Source: Camelus ferus (lineage: Eukaryota). From it: a stretch of DNA of 64,000 bases. The DNA is taken from contig NC_045696.1 in NCBI RefSeq assembly GCF_009834535.1, forward strand, positions 93,560,001 to 93,624,000, written 5' to 3'. Shown here piece after piece: positions 11,679 through 24,750 of the stretch (within the stretch, counting starts at the first letter, position 1; every line of letters starts with the position of its first letter). A program made the position numbers and the translations under genes. Below the pieces are notes generated by a model, which searched no databases, was not told the DNA's origin, and was given only the letters and a program-made list of their open reading frames with translations.

Positions 11679-14600
11679 GAAACCACAGCTAACACAGAGA
11701 GGAGACACAAAAAGCTAACTTCCATTCTAAACAAAACGCAGACATGAGATTTCAAAAACAAGAGTCATTTCAACCAAAGACAAATGGCCTTCATACCTCA
11801 AGGTTCTCTGAGGCCTAGTGGAGACTCTGAAACAACAAAGATAAATTTATTCCTGTTCAGTATGCTTAAAGTGTATAATATATATTTCATTTCCTAAAAC
11901 ATCAGAAACCCCCATATTGAATTCTGTTTACCAAAAACTATTATTTCCTGACTCTGACAAATTGGAGCTCTTGTGCAAAGATAATTTTAGAGCCTGAAAT
12001 CTTTCTTAAGGAAGGTATATGCAAAACCTCTGGGAGGTCAGCTCCTCTCATGAGTATCAAAGATAGGTCCCTGAGAACAGCAGTCCCGGATGCTAACCGA
12101 AGCAAGAAAGCTGTGTGTCTGTCAGAACGTGAGGGCGCTGTGGTGGAGCCGCTTCTCTGCCCTGTGGGTGAATGTTCTCACTTCATGATTCTAAAGGTCA
12201 CCTCCAAAAGACATTCCAGAATATTCCGAAGGGCAACTTCAGGAAAAGTTGCAACTTCCCTGGAAATAATGAATCTGTGCACAGAACAGCCAACCACCTT
12301 AGCATATTTCAGAGGTGTGTGGGATAGAAATCTGAAAGCTAAAATCAATCCCATGAACAGATCTTTTATTTCAGCTTTTACTTTGTAGGACATGAAAAAA
12401 AATTATGAAGATTTCATACATTAATAAGCCATGACAGAGATTTCTATACTTCAAACTATGTGGGAGGAAACAATCAGGTATAATTAATGAGTAAAAGGAC
12501 CAATATTTGAATTTCCTGACATGAATGTCAAAATTTATTATTTAAGCCATTATTTAGCGAACATTTGTTACCATTTTATTTGCCAGACACAACGCTGGGC
12601 ACCGAGGGAATCAAAGGTGGGTAAGACATTGTCAGTGCTCTCACAAAGCTCATAGATAAAAATGTAAAAGGAACACTGTGAACCTTCACTTCAGAATAAT
12701 TGTGATTGATTTTTCTCTTGGCTTCTCTCCAGCTCCTGCCAGAAGTGGGCTGCTTAGAATAGCTCTACTCTATGTTCTGTATCTCAGCAGTAGCTTGGGG
12801 CAAAAGTGCTTTTACAGAGTGTTATTAAATGAAACGCGGTCAGGATAACTTGTGCTCCATAATTTTAAGTCACAGGAAAGCGACGAAAGGTAAGAGTGAA
12901 AACTTCTGCAGTGCCTCCCTGATGCCAAAATAACTATTTGATTTTGTGCTGAAAAAGGAAAATACCATTTAACAGTCAGTTCACTCCCAGGCTGGGAGGT
13001 TGGAAGTGGGTAGGAGTAATATCAAGCCACTTATTACTCATTGCAGGGCTTATGTAACCCCATCTATTTTTACAGCCATGTGTAGCCATTCGTTCTTACT
13101 CTCAATAGACTGAATCTCTGAAACTCTTTTCCTGCATTCTACAGACTTCCCCTATCTTCAGGCCATAGTTCCAGAACCATGTTCTCGAGACTCCTGACCA
13201 AGCCAGGTCCATAATGGTCCCGCCCCTTTCTGAGCTCCTAAAGCAGAATCAACCATCTACTCTCAAACTCCAGCATAGCTGCCCCACGTGGTTCTCTGGT
13301 TGGTCACCATAACCTCTGTGAGACAGGGATTTCATAGCTTTATAACTCCTCTGCACCTAGCATGGCCCTGAGGAAAAGTGGGTTCTTATTAATGTTAGTT
13401 AAATTTAATTCTTTAACAGAGTTTCTAAATTATAAATAAATTTATAAATTGTAAATAGTAAGGAGAAAAACCTTAATTTTGTCAGAAAAATGGTTCCTCC
13501 AGGTTATCCAATAACCCTAAGAGCAAGGACCCTTGAGTCATTTTTTTTTCCTTCTTAAGCACCCAGCACTGTGATTGACAGAAATTTAATAAAAATTTAT
13601 TTTTTGGCTCATGGATGCATAATAAGAAACAGAATAAAATGCTATTAAACATATGTGGGAAAGTATGTATCTAAAATCATTCTATGTTTTCAAGGCAAAT
13701 GGCAGTCTCAGTTTGCTCAGCTAAGCAGATCTATACCTGAAGAATTATAGGTCAGCATCCACTATACAAGAGTATATAACTAGGACTTCTATTTATTTAG
13801 AACATTATTATCTTAAATATCATCACAATGTTTACACATAATGGACAATAATATACAGAATTAACGAGCCACAGTCTCTAGGATCACACTGGAGAAACTG
13901 AAATCTGCTCAGGAGACTGTGGTTTTTTATGACATATGGTGAATAGAATATGTCAAGACCAAACATTAGCAGTATTTATTGTCAAAAAGAAAGGGTAGGA
14001 GTGAGAATGGGCAGGAAAAGGGAAGTGTGATTTTGTTGGAAGTCTTTCATGTTGATTCAGTTTCACCAACAAAGTAAGCCAAAGTTGTATTTACAGCTTC
14101 CAGTGATTCACTCTTTACTGACTTAACTTGAATCTTCTTTTTTATGTTGTGATATTGACATTGTAAAGGCCACAGAAGATGAACCAACATCTCAAACAGG
14201 CATTTTAATTTTGCATTTAAATCCATTCCAATTTTATGATTATGTTCTTACAAAATCCATGTTTAAAGTATTTTCATTAATATTTTATTTCTTGGTTTCT
14301 ATGATAGAACTTACCTGTTCTCTAAAAGTTAGAGTTTGTGGTTTCATCAGAAAAATTAAATGTGACAATTTATTTGAATTGATATGTTCTTACTATGTTT
14401 TAGAACATCAAAAAAACTTTATTTCAAACCTTCTATATTCAACATCTTTTCTTTTTGAAGGAAAATACTATTTTTTATAAGGATGAACATAAAATAATTC
14501 GAGGAGGCATAGCTCATACTCTAATATCTAAATATTTTCCCTTTAAGACAGGTTTTGCTTATTCTTAAGTAATGTCTAAAATGATGGTTCTTGCTTGGAC

Positions 14601-14684
14601 TAACATCTCCCAGATTGAATCCCTGCCCAACTGCACTACTCAGCCTATAGGTTTCCCGTCCTTTAATGCATACAATATTAGGCA

Positions 14685-15455
14685 GAGGTATTGTTTACAA
14701 CTGATTCAGACCATGTCACTCCTCTGCTCTAAACACCAGTAGCTTCTCATCTCACTCAAAATAAAGGCCAAAGTCTTCAGAATGCCCTACCAAGACCATT
14801 GAACCCTGTCACCCATGACTCCTTTTTGACCTCAGCTCCTCTCTCTTTCCCCCTTACCTGCTCTTCTCCAGCATCTTGGTCCTTCAACATGCCTCTTTCA
14901 CTCTCACCTCAGGACCTTTGTGCTCACCACTGCCTCTGCCAGAATGCTCTTTGCCTAGATATCTGCACAGTTTTCCCCTCACTTCTTTCAGGCTTCTGCT
15001 CAAATGACATCTTCCCATGAAGGTCTTCCTTGACTATCATATAAATCAGCAATACCTCCTGTCAGTACTCTATTCTTCCTTCCCTGTTTTATTTATTTAT
15101 TTATTTTTAATTTTTTTTTTGGGGGGGGAGGTAATTCAGTTTATTGATTTATTTTTTTAGAAGAGGTGCTGGGGATTGAACCCAGGACCTCCTGCATGCT
15201 AAGCATGTGCTCTACCACTTGAGCTATACCCTCCCCCTTCCCTTCCCTGCTTTATTTTTCTTCCAGGCATTTATTACTAAGTGATCCTATAGTATTTTAC
15301 CTGTCTATTATTTATTATCCTCCTCCCCTGCTAGAATACAAGATCTTCCAAAGCAAGGACTTTTTGTCTATTTTGTTCACTGCTGTGACTTCAGTACCTT
15401 TAAGAATGCCTGGACATAGTTGTAACTCAATAAATATTTGCTGCATGAATGAATT
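14685..15455 (+). mobile_element. L2a 3' region, interrupted by a SINE
   Basis: 'cagaccatgtcactcctctgctctaaac', 'ctcaggacctttgtgc', terminus 'ctcaataaatatttgctgcatgaatgaat'. Confidence 0.9.
15094..15237 (-). mobile_element. tRNA-derived SINE (camelid Vic-1-like)
   Basis: Reverse strand reads GGGGAGGGTATAGCTCAAGTGGTAGAGCACATGCTTAGCATGCAGGAGGTCCTGGGTTCAATCCCCAG (A and B boxes) plus A-rich tail; TSD ccttccctgttttatt (15078-93) / ccttccctgctttatt (15241-56). Confidence 0.92.
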
Positions 15456-15929
15456 CACTGTCATAAATAAAAATACTTATTAATACTTATGAAAATCCAA
15501 CATGCAGATGTAACATGACATCTCTCTCTGAAATTAGTTCCCTACAAATTATATTTACATTAAGTATAACCCATTTATCTATCATTAAAGAATTAAACTA
15601 TTCTAACACAATAAAAGAGTACATATGGAGCCAATTTGTCATATGTCTAAACATTTAAGAGTTATTAAACAAGCTAAAAATGTTACTATATAATATACCT
15701 TTCCAGCTTGATAATATGCTTCATTAATGATAAAAGCCTCAGGCCAGAGTTTTGGGAAATTATTTCTTTCAGATCACAAATAAATACAAGTAACTAACAA
15801 TAGTTCAACATTAATAGGTGTGGAATAAGGGGCCCTGAGCTCTGGGTTAAGGACTGCAATGTTGGATTCAGCTGGGGAATCATAAACTTGTGTTAAAGTG
15901 GCTAGCACCAAAGTCTAGAGTGAAGAAAG

Positions 15930-16405
15930 TATTCCTGGCGTGGACTTGTGCTACCTTTGGCCCCAACGTTTAACTCCTTCCTTATGGAATAACAACCTAA
16001 ATTTGCTTTGGGAGATTTGTTCTTCCATTGGACACAGTCTGGAGGGAAGTTCCATTAAAATGTTCTGCTCTCTTCCCAATGAAAGGTGGTACATAAGTCA
16101 AGCTAAACCAATCACACATTTAAAGGCACTGGAGTTGATTCACGCCCCATCCCTCCAACAAAACCTGTCTATGTGTTTCTGCAGTTGTTACTCTAGTTCC
16201 TGTCCTTTGAAGCTTGGTTCCTAACCTCTCCTTCCATTGCTTAAGCTCTCTCATAATCAAAACAATATTTTTCTGATTAATTAGAAATTAATCCTAATTC
16301 ATTTTGTTTAATTCCATTAAATACTATTAAGTTTGCTTAATTCTAGTTAACTCTGATTAGCTAGCATCAATTTCTATTACTTGGAACCAAAGAATTTTAA
16401 AAGAT
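15930..16405 (+). mobile_element. Old ERVL LTR (LTR16/LTR33-like)
   Basis: 'caagctaaaccaatcac' core and terminus 'atttctattacttggaaccaaagaatt'. Confidence 0.5.
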
Positions 16406-17054
16406 CCTTCATTTTAGCAAGACATAGCTTATGGACTAAGGATAGCGAATGAGACTGAGGTTTATGGTAAGGGTAAAAATCAGAGTAATAAAGAGTAGGT
16501 AGGTAGAGGAGTTAGGTAAATTTATGGTACAAGCAGTTTTGAAATCATTTGGGACAGGCAAGGGGATGACTTTATAGGTGGCTGTTAGTCATTATCAGTG
16601 TTCTAGTTTTAGTGTTGGGTCATAGGTTCTTGAAGCCTTTTTAAAATAAGTAATAAATAGATGTATACATAAATTAAATAAATAAGAACCTTACAAAGAT
16701 CAATGATGCAAATATGTCATAAAACAAGAATTACAATTATCCTAACTTTGTAAACTTAAAATGTATTTTTGGAAAGGTAGAAATTTTAAAGAAAATTTTA
16801 AGTTAGGGAATGACTGAAAACAAAAATACAATTTTCTGTTCAACTGACTCCTCCAAGGATCTCTTTTAGACAAGTAGTTGCAGTACCTAAAGGAGAAAAA
16901 GTTGAGTTTACTCCAAGGCTATTTGACAACATTCTAAATCCTAAAACAATTTAGCAATGGAAACTTGAAAAATAAATACTGAATGAAATTAGATTCATTG
17001 AGTTTCCTTTCTGACCTTTCTATTTTTTCTAGGGCATGATCATTTTTTTAAAAT

Positions 17055-17168
17055 TCAATAGCTTGTAATAACCTGTAATGAAAAAGAATATATATATGTA
17101 TAACTGAATCAATATACTGTACACAGAAACTAACAACACTGAAAATCAACTATACTTCAATTAAAAAT
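17055..17168 (+). mobile_element. Short L1 3' tail (artiodactyl-type)
   Basis: 'cttgtaataacctgtaatgaaaaagaatatatatatgtataactgaatc...aaatcaactatacttcaattaaaaa'. Confidence 0.85.
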
Positions 17169-17769
17169 ATATCAACCTAAAGCATTATCTTTTAATTCCA
17201 TAATGAAATGCATATTAGCAATCATTTCAATAGTGTCATCATCAAAAACCTCATATTCTTCTTTATTTAATTAGTTTTAAACATAGTGTTATCGTTACAG
17301 AAGTCTAACTTGCTATTTTAGGGGGAAAAAAAAGGGAAGGTGATATGCAAATGATTCTGATTGAAAGAAACAGTGAACAGTGGACCATCACTATCTGAAC
17401 AGACTCTAAGTCATGAGAAATGTGAAATGCAATGACAAAGGAAGCCAAAGGGCAGAATTCTTCAGAGGCTTATACTATTGAGCATTGATTATAATTGCAA
17501 TCAAGGTCATGATTAAAATTCTACAGAAAAATACTTTTTAAAAAGTAACACACTGTTCAACCTTATAAACTTGCACTGCCTAGCAAACATACAGGTATAA
17601 TAGTCACAGAATGCCTAGATCATAAACAGTGTAGTCAGTAGAAGAAAAGAAATAACATATAAGGATTCCAAATCCCCATATGTTTTTGTACCTATGTATA
17701 CATATTTCTATGTGATATCATGTAGGTCAATTAAGTATAAGCTATACATCAAGACTTAAATATATCAAG

Positions 17770-18780
17770 CTTTAGAACTGAAAAGGATTTATATGCTTTT
17801 TTAGTCTGACTCTCTCATTTCCTTATTTTAAGACAATAATGTATCTGAAAACTCTGTGGATTCTATAGTTTTGCTATTATCTTAAAAGTTGAGAATTCTG
17901 AGGTCCACAAGAGTTAAGCAACTTACTATGACACACAGCTAGTTGGTGGCCAGCCTCAAAATGAAACTGAGGTCTCTTAGTAGTCTAATGCTCTTCTGAC
18001 AAATACTTATTAAACATCCACTGTATACCAGTGGGTACAGATATAGTAAAGAGAGACAAGATTCCAAAAGAAGACAGTAAGCAAGCAAACAACAATAGCA
18101 AAAGTCAATAATTTAAACAATAACATGTTAACTAAAGTTCTGAAATTGGGGGAGACAGTAGAGAGTATTCTAATGCAAACGAGGATATTAAACAGGGTAT
18201 TCAAGGAAGAGATCTCTGAGGATTTAGGGCCAAGATATAAATCATGAAGAGGAATCAGCTGTAATAAACTATTGTTGAATGAGGAAAATGCCAAAGGCAA
18301 AGCCATAGATCCCTTTCCAATGTGATATAAAGTGTAAAATAACATCCCAGAAGGACTTTATTTTAACCCCCATTTGATCCTAAAAGTCAAGTTCTTTCCG
18401 TTATACATTATTCCATTGTTTACATGTAGCTTGGTTTCTCATGAAATCGCCCCAAAGGGAGAGATCACATATGTATTTAACATATATGCTCAGAATTTGA
18501 CAGTTTTATAAAATGCTTTCAAACACATTATTTTATTTGGTGGCATAATAATCCTACACAGTAGGCAAGGTAGCAATTATTGGGAGAAATCCACAGTGAA
18601 ATGAAATGAACACCAGTTTTTAAATTAGGGTTCAAAGCTGGTCCTACCATTTTTCAACTTGAATCCTTGGGCATATAACTTAAACTCTCTGAAATTAGGT
18701 TTCTCCATTGGTCAAATGAAGATAAGTATACCTTTTTCATAGGTTGTTATAAGAATAAAGATATTCTTGAAAATGGTAAT
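17770..18780. mobile_element. Cluster of degenerate MIR and L2 fragments
   Basis: 'ctgaggtccacaagagttaagcaactt...cacacagctagttggtggc' (MIR -), L2 3' (-) ~18000-18300, 'ccttgggcatataacttaaactctctg' (MIR +). Confidence 0.6.
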
Positions 18781-21700
18781 TGACTTATAAGGAGGTACTG
18801 AAGAATTTTAAATAACAGTTCTCAATAAATTTCTCAATAAATCTTCAATTTTCAGTTAAGGAATGAATGTTGGAGACCTCAAATCTTTTAGTAGTATGTT
18901 AAAGTCATGGTAGAAATGTGTTAGAAATTTAAATCTTTGGCATCTAGTATCTTTTTTATTCCTATTTTTCTCCTAATCATTGCCTAATTGCACATTAACT
19001 GAGTCTCACATGCTGTTGAAACATGGTAACATTAATGACCTCAATTACTACTAAAAATATGTTAGTTCTGGTTTGGACTTGGCTTTTTGTTGTAGTTGGT
19101 GGTGATGGTATTGATGGTACTTTTTTGTTATTTCCATTGGAGGTTTGTTTTTTGTTTTGCTTTTCTTTGTTTTACTTTGTGGTTTATGAAGGACTTTTTT
19201 GAACATAGAGGAAGAAGAGGAGATTTTGGTATTAATGAAGCAATGGTATTGGTTGTTTGGATTTTGTGCTAACTTATTCTTAGTTTAGAGGATTTATTCT
19301 TTATGAAGCTAGGGAAAGCTAATATTTTATAGGTAAACTAGAATATGTATGTATGACATTATTTTTTCCCCATTATTTTCATTTAAGCTTTTTCATATTC
19401 ATCCAAGTAGTCTAACCATCTTTCCCATCATACTGATATCTGAGGGAAGAAAATTATTCTGTTTTAAGATTTAGTCAGAGCTTTGAATACCTTCAACCCA
19501 AAAATATCCCAGTTTCTTCTGAAACCTTCCCTCATATGAACTCAGACTTATGCAAGAATAATCCCATACAGACAAAATAGAGTTTTCAAAGATATTACCA
19601 CACAAAAACTGCACAATTTGCATGTGTATCAGTCACCAAGATCTATACTCTATCTGACAGTTAAACTAGAGTAGCTGTTATCTGTCCTTGGTCTCTGTAT
19701 CAGAAGGTCAATTTGGTCTTTTGGAGGACAAATCAGATGTAGAAGAGAAGATCAAGATGATGTCCTAATATTATGGGGCACCATGCCATGATACTACATA
19801 ATACTTACAGTCATTTCTCATGTGATATTATATCTGTGCTACAACACGGAAACTAGGATTCGGAAAAGGGAAGTTGTTTATTCAATGCCACACAGAATTG
19901 ACAGAATCAGCATTTGATCCCCAGTCTCTCGAGCGAGGATCTTCCAAATGTACAATGTCTCTCCAATTTAAAGCATCTTAAAGAATTCATAGCAATTTTG
20001 TATACACTAGTTCATCTCCAGCCTAGACTGAATTCATTGAATTAGCAATGATGGAAACAAAAGGCCAAATACTAAACAGAACTGATTCAGCCAAACCCTC
20101 CCATAGTCACCATTTTTAGTCTATACTGCAATTACTCTTTAAACTCACAATTTCAGAACATAAACTCATTTGTTAGGGAAAAAAAAGTTGGGAAGGATTT
20201 ATAAGCACTGATTAATTTTTCAAATATATGGCTGTAACAGGCAAATTGCTTTCCAGCTTCCTTATTATACTAGCTAATCCTTATCATTTCATACACATGT
20301 CAAACACTAATTGATGAAACTTGGAAAGAAGAAAGGAAAGAACAGTACCTCACTTTGAATTATCTTTGAGAACTGAAAATTAAAATGAACATGAAATTAT
20401 CGGGGGTGGAGAGAAGCTCACACTTCTCTTCATTTCAAACCAAGAGCTTATTAAAGACACCAATTCAAACCTCCCACCTGCTTGGTAACTTGAGAAGAAA
20501 GACCAATTTACTAATCTGCTCTTTTGGTTAATTCTAACATCTTTGATGATAAGTTTACTTGTTTTCATTCAGTAATTGTATGTTTGTATCATTTTCCACA
20601 CAATAAACCTACCACTCAAAACAAGTTTGTTGTATATTTTTAATAAAGCTAATTAGGCAGCAGGCAGTTTGGAATACTCCTCTGCATAGCACATTAGCAC
20701 TTAGATAATTTCTCCAGGGAAGAGTGGGAGGGGCCCTGCTCTTTTAAAATTCCAAGTAGATCTTTATTATCATCATGCCTTTTTTCCTTAACAAAGTTAA
20801 CTTCTTAAAGTATCACTGAGAGAGAGAGCGCTAGGGCTGTCTTGAAAATTAATGTTGATTCCTTGGCAGTGAACTCAGGATAGATCCATGGCAGAAATTA
20901 AACTATATTTCTGCCCAACTGCTTGGCAAATATATGTCATTACATGTAACGTGGAGTTGCCCCAAGTGTGAAGAATTCAAGGCAACCCCTCACACCACAA
21001 AATATGCAAAAGCCAATTCAAGTTTCCCACTCCCTCAATTGCTCTGTGGCTGCAGCACATTGACTTAATTGGAGAAGAGACCAAATTTATGTGACTATTG
21101 GACACTTATGCATTCATTAAGTCTTCCAGGCTTTGCAGAAATCATTTAAAGTCAGAGAGTTTTGTTACTAGTCCATTGTTTCCATTTTCCTTTTTTAAGG
21201 TAACAGGAAGGTCGTGGTGAAATAATGGTACTCCAGTTGCCTCAAATAATTAATGTCTCTAGTGTGTCTTTCCAACACAACACATTTTAGCTATTAGTGA
21301 AACTAAAGGCTCTTATTAGTGCCTCCCATCAGGAACCAAAGATTTCTAGAAAGTCAACAGTTGAAACTGAAGACTACATCCTTATAACATTCTATTTTAT
21401 ATCTATATAATTTCTTTTATGACTGTTGTAATTGTCTTGAATGCAGAGCAATTAGCTGAGAAGACTAGTCCAAAGTTAGTTCATCTGAGGAATTCACCAA
21501 TTTTTAAAAATGCAATTTTATTACTTTAGTAACATATAATTACACTAACAAATAACTGTCAAAATCTTAGGCAGGGCTCCTCAGCTAAAAGTCAGCTTTT
21601 CAGTTATTGGCTGCATGAATTCAGTAAAAATTGCTTGATGGCAGTTTTCTTAAAGAGGCTATTCTTTCTTTTCACCCTCTTTTTAACTTAAAAGTGTTTA

Positions 21701-21844
21701 TTTACAAAGGAACCACAATTTTTAATAGAAACCTTAAAGATAAATTTCAAATGAATCCAAGAAGAATCATCACAAATCCTTAATTAGTAAAAATGAACAT
21801 TTTACTAGAATAAAAACTAGACTAATTTACTGGAATTAGTCATC

Positions 21845-24750
21845 ACTTCATCATTTATTGAACATTTAATATATACAAGGCCCTTCTGTAAATGTATTCA
21901 GTACGGTACTGAATAAATAATCTGTGACTGAGGGAGAGAGATAATAAGAATGTTGGGTAGTGCTAAGTGAACTACAAATAAGAAAAATAAGGATGTGATT
22001 TGGGAATTGGGAGTGTTTGGATGTACAAGTTGTACAAGTATTTTTTAATTCATGCTTTTTTTCTGTTTTATTTATTGAAATAACTGGTTTAGTCAATAGA
22101 GTTTCCCAAAGTCTAGAATCTGCTTTTTCATCTATATGGTGTTATTTTTTAAGCTTTTTCTAAACTTTTTATAAAATTTTAAAGGTTACTTTCCATTTAA
22201 AGTTATTACAAAATATTGGCTATATTCCCCATGTTGTACAAAACATCCTTGAGCCTGTCTTACAGACAATAATTTGTACCACCCACTGTCCTGTACTCCC
22301 TCTCTCACACTCTCCCCTCTCGTAACCACTAGTTTGTTCTCTGTATCTGTGAGCCTGATGCTTTTTTTGTTATATTCACTAGTTTGTTGTATTTTTTAGA
22401 TTCCACATATAAGTGCTATCTCACAATATTTATCTTTGTCTGATTTATTTCACTTAGCATAATGCCTTCCAATTTCATCTATGTTGCTGCAAGTGAAAAT
22501 TTTCATTCTTTTTTAATGGTGGAGTAGTATTCCATTGATATTTTTATACTGTCTTCTTTATCCATTCATCCATTGATGGACATTTAGGTTGCTTTCATGT
22601 CTTGACAACTATAAATAATGCAGCTATGAACATTGGGGTGCATGTATCTTTTTGAATTAGTGGTTTTGCTATTTTTAGATTTATACCCATGAGTGGAATT
22701 GCTGGATCATATTAACATGACCATATTTTAGTTTTTTGAGAAAGGTCTATACTGTTTTCCACAGTGGCTGCACTATTTTACATTCCCACCAACAGTGTAC
22801 AAGAGTTCCCTTTTCTCCACATTCTCATCAACATTTGTTATTTGTGTACTTTTTTGATGATGGCCATTCTGACAGGTGTGCGGTGGTATCTAATTGGGGT
22901 TTTGATTTGCATTTCCCTGGTGATAAGTGATATTGAGCATCTTTTCATGTGTCTGTGCCTCTGCATTTCCTCTTTGGAAAAATATCTATTAAGGTCTTCT
23001 GACCAATTTTTAATTGGGTTGTTTGGTTTTTTGATGTTGAGTTGTGTAAGCTGTCTATATATGTTGTATATAAACCCCTTATTGGTCATATCATTTGCAA
23101 ATATCTTCTCCCATTCAGTAGGTTGTCTTTTCATTTTATCAGTTGTTTTCTTTGCTGTGCAAAAGCTTTTAAGTTTAATTAGGTCCCATTTGTTTACTTT
23201 TGCTTTTGTTTCCTTTAGTTTAGGAGACAGATCCAAAAAATATATTTCTGCAATTTATGTCAAACAGTGTTCTGCCTATGTTTTCCTCTAGGAGTTTTAT
23301 AGTATCTGGTCTTACATTTACGTCTTTAATCCACTTTGAGTTTATTTTTGTATATGGTGTGAGAAAATGTTCTAATTTCATTCTTTTACATATATCTATC
23401 CAGTTTTCCCAGCACCACTTATTGAAGAGATTGTCTTTTCTCCATTGTATATTCTTGCCTTCTTTGTCATAGATTAACTGACCATAAGTATCTGGGTTTA
23501 TTTCTGGACTTTCTATCCTGTTCCATTCATCTATTTATCTGTTTTTGTGCTAGTCCCATATGGTTTTGACTACTGTAGCTTTGTATTATAGTCTGAAGTC
23601 TTCCTTCTCTAATTCCTCCAGCTCTGTTCTTCTTTCTCAAGATTGTTTTGGCTATTTGGGATCTTTTGTGTTTCCATACAAATTTTAAAATTATTTGTTC
23701 TAGTTCGTTGAAAAACGTCATTGGTATTTTGATAGGCGTTGCACTGAATCTGTAGATTGCCTTGAGCAGTATGATCATTTTAACAATATTGTTTCTTCCA
23801 ATCCAAGAAAACAGTATATCTTTCCATCCATTCGTATCATCTTCAGTTTCTTTCATCAGTGTCTTACAGTTTTCTGAGTATAGGTCTTTTGCCTCCTTAG
23901 GTAGGTTTATTTCTAGGTATTTTATTTATTTATTTATTTTTGACGCAAGGGTGAAATGGGATTTTTTTTCCCTTAATGTCTCTTTCTGATACTTTGTTGT
24001 TAGTGTATAGAAATACAACAGATTTCTGTATATTAATTTTGTATCCTGCAACTTTACTGAATTCATTGATGAGCTCTAGTAGTTTTCTGGTGGAATCTTA
24101 AGGATTTTCTATGTATAGTATTATGTCATCTGCAAACAGTGACAGTTTTACTTCTTTTCCAATTTGGGTTTCTTTTATTTCTTTTTCTTCTTCAATTGCT
24201 ATGGCTAGGACCTCCAAAACTATTTTGAATAAGAGTGATGAGACTGGGCATCCTTGCCACAAGTTGTAATTTTAGATGGTCTAGCCAGGGTAGGCCTCAT
24301 AGAGAAGCTAATATGTGATCAAGACTTAAAGAAAGCGAAGAAGTAATCATGCTGGGTCAAGAGCTTTCCAGCAGAGGGAAGGCAAGTGTAGGGTCCCCAA
24401 AGTGTAAACATACTGGTAGGCTTGAAAAATGTCAAAAGATTAATGTGGCTACAGGAGATCTAGCAAAGGGGAACATTAAAAGACATAAAAACAGAGGCAA
24501 TTTGGGGTTGGGAAAGAGGGAAACAATCAGAAAGGACTTGGAAGGACTCTAGTTTTCCTCTTAGTGAAATGGGGAGCCACTGGAGAGTTTTGAGCAAAGG
24601 AAAGACACTGTCCAGTATACTTCTGAAAGTATATCCAGGCCACTTTGTCTAGAACAGATTATAGGAAGGCAGGGATAGAATCAGTGCAACCAGTTGAAGG
24701 GCTATTACACTAATCAAGGTAAGAAGTGATGGTGGCTTGAACCAGAAATG
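21845..24750 (-). mobile_element. L2 host element (~21845-22034 and ~24259-24750) split by an L1 insertion
   Basis: 'catttattgaacatttaat' on the left; 'gaaatggggagccactggagagttttgagcaaagg' and 'gatggtggcttgaaccag' on the right. Confidence 0.75.
22145..24258 (-). mobile_element. 5'-truncated L1 (3' half of ORF2 plus 3' UTR), frameshifted
   Basis: Minus-strand ORFs 22838-23236 ([14 protein letters not shown]...[12 protein letters not shown]) and 23527-23856 ([29 protein letters not shown]) are L1 ORF2; TSD acaagttgta at 22025-34 and 24259-68. Confidence 0.97.

Noticed and set aside
11508..11695. Possible TSD gaaacaagctga / gaaaccacagctaa around the short L1 tail
   Set aside because: Needs gaps and a mismatch for an apparently young element; not convincing.
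12050..12388. 112-aa ORF as a protein-coding gene
   Set aside because: No recognisable homology or exon structure; an ORF of this length is expected by chance in 64 kb. Kept only as a regulatory candidate.
22764..23291. Longest ORF (175 aa, + strand), hydrophobic and membrane-protein-like
   Set aside because: It is the antisense reading of L1 ORF2, a well-known source of spurious ORFs.
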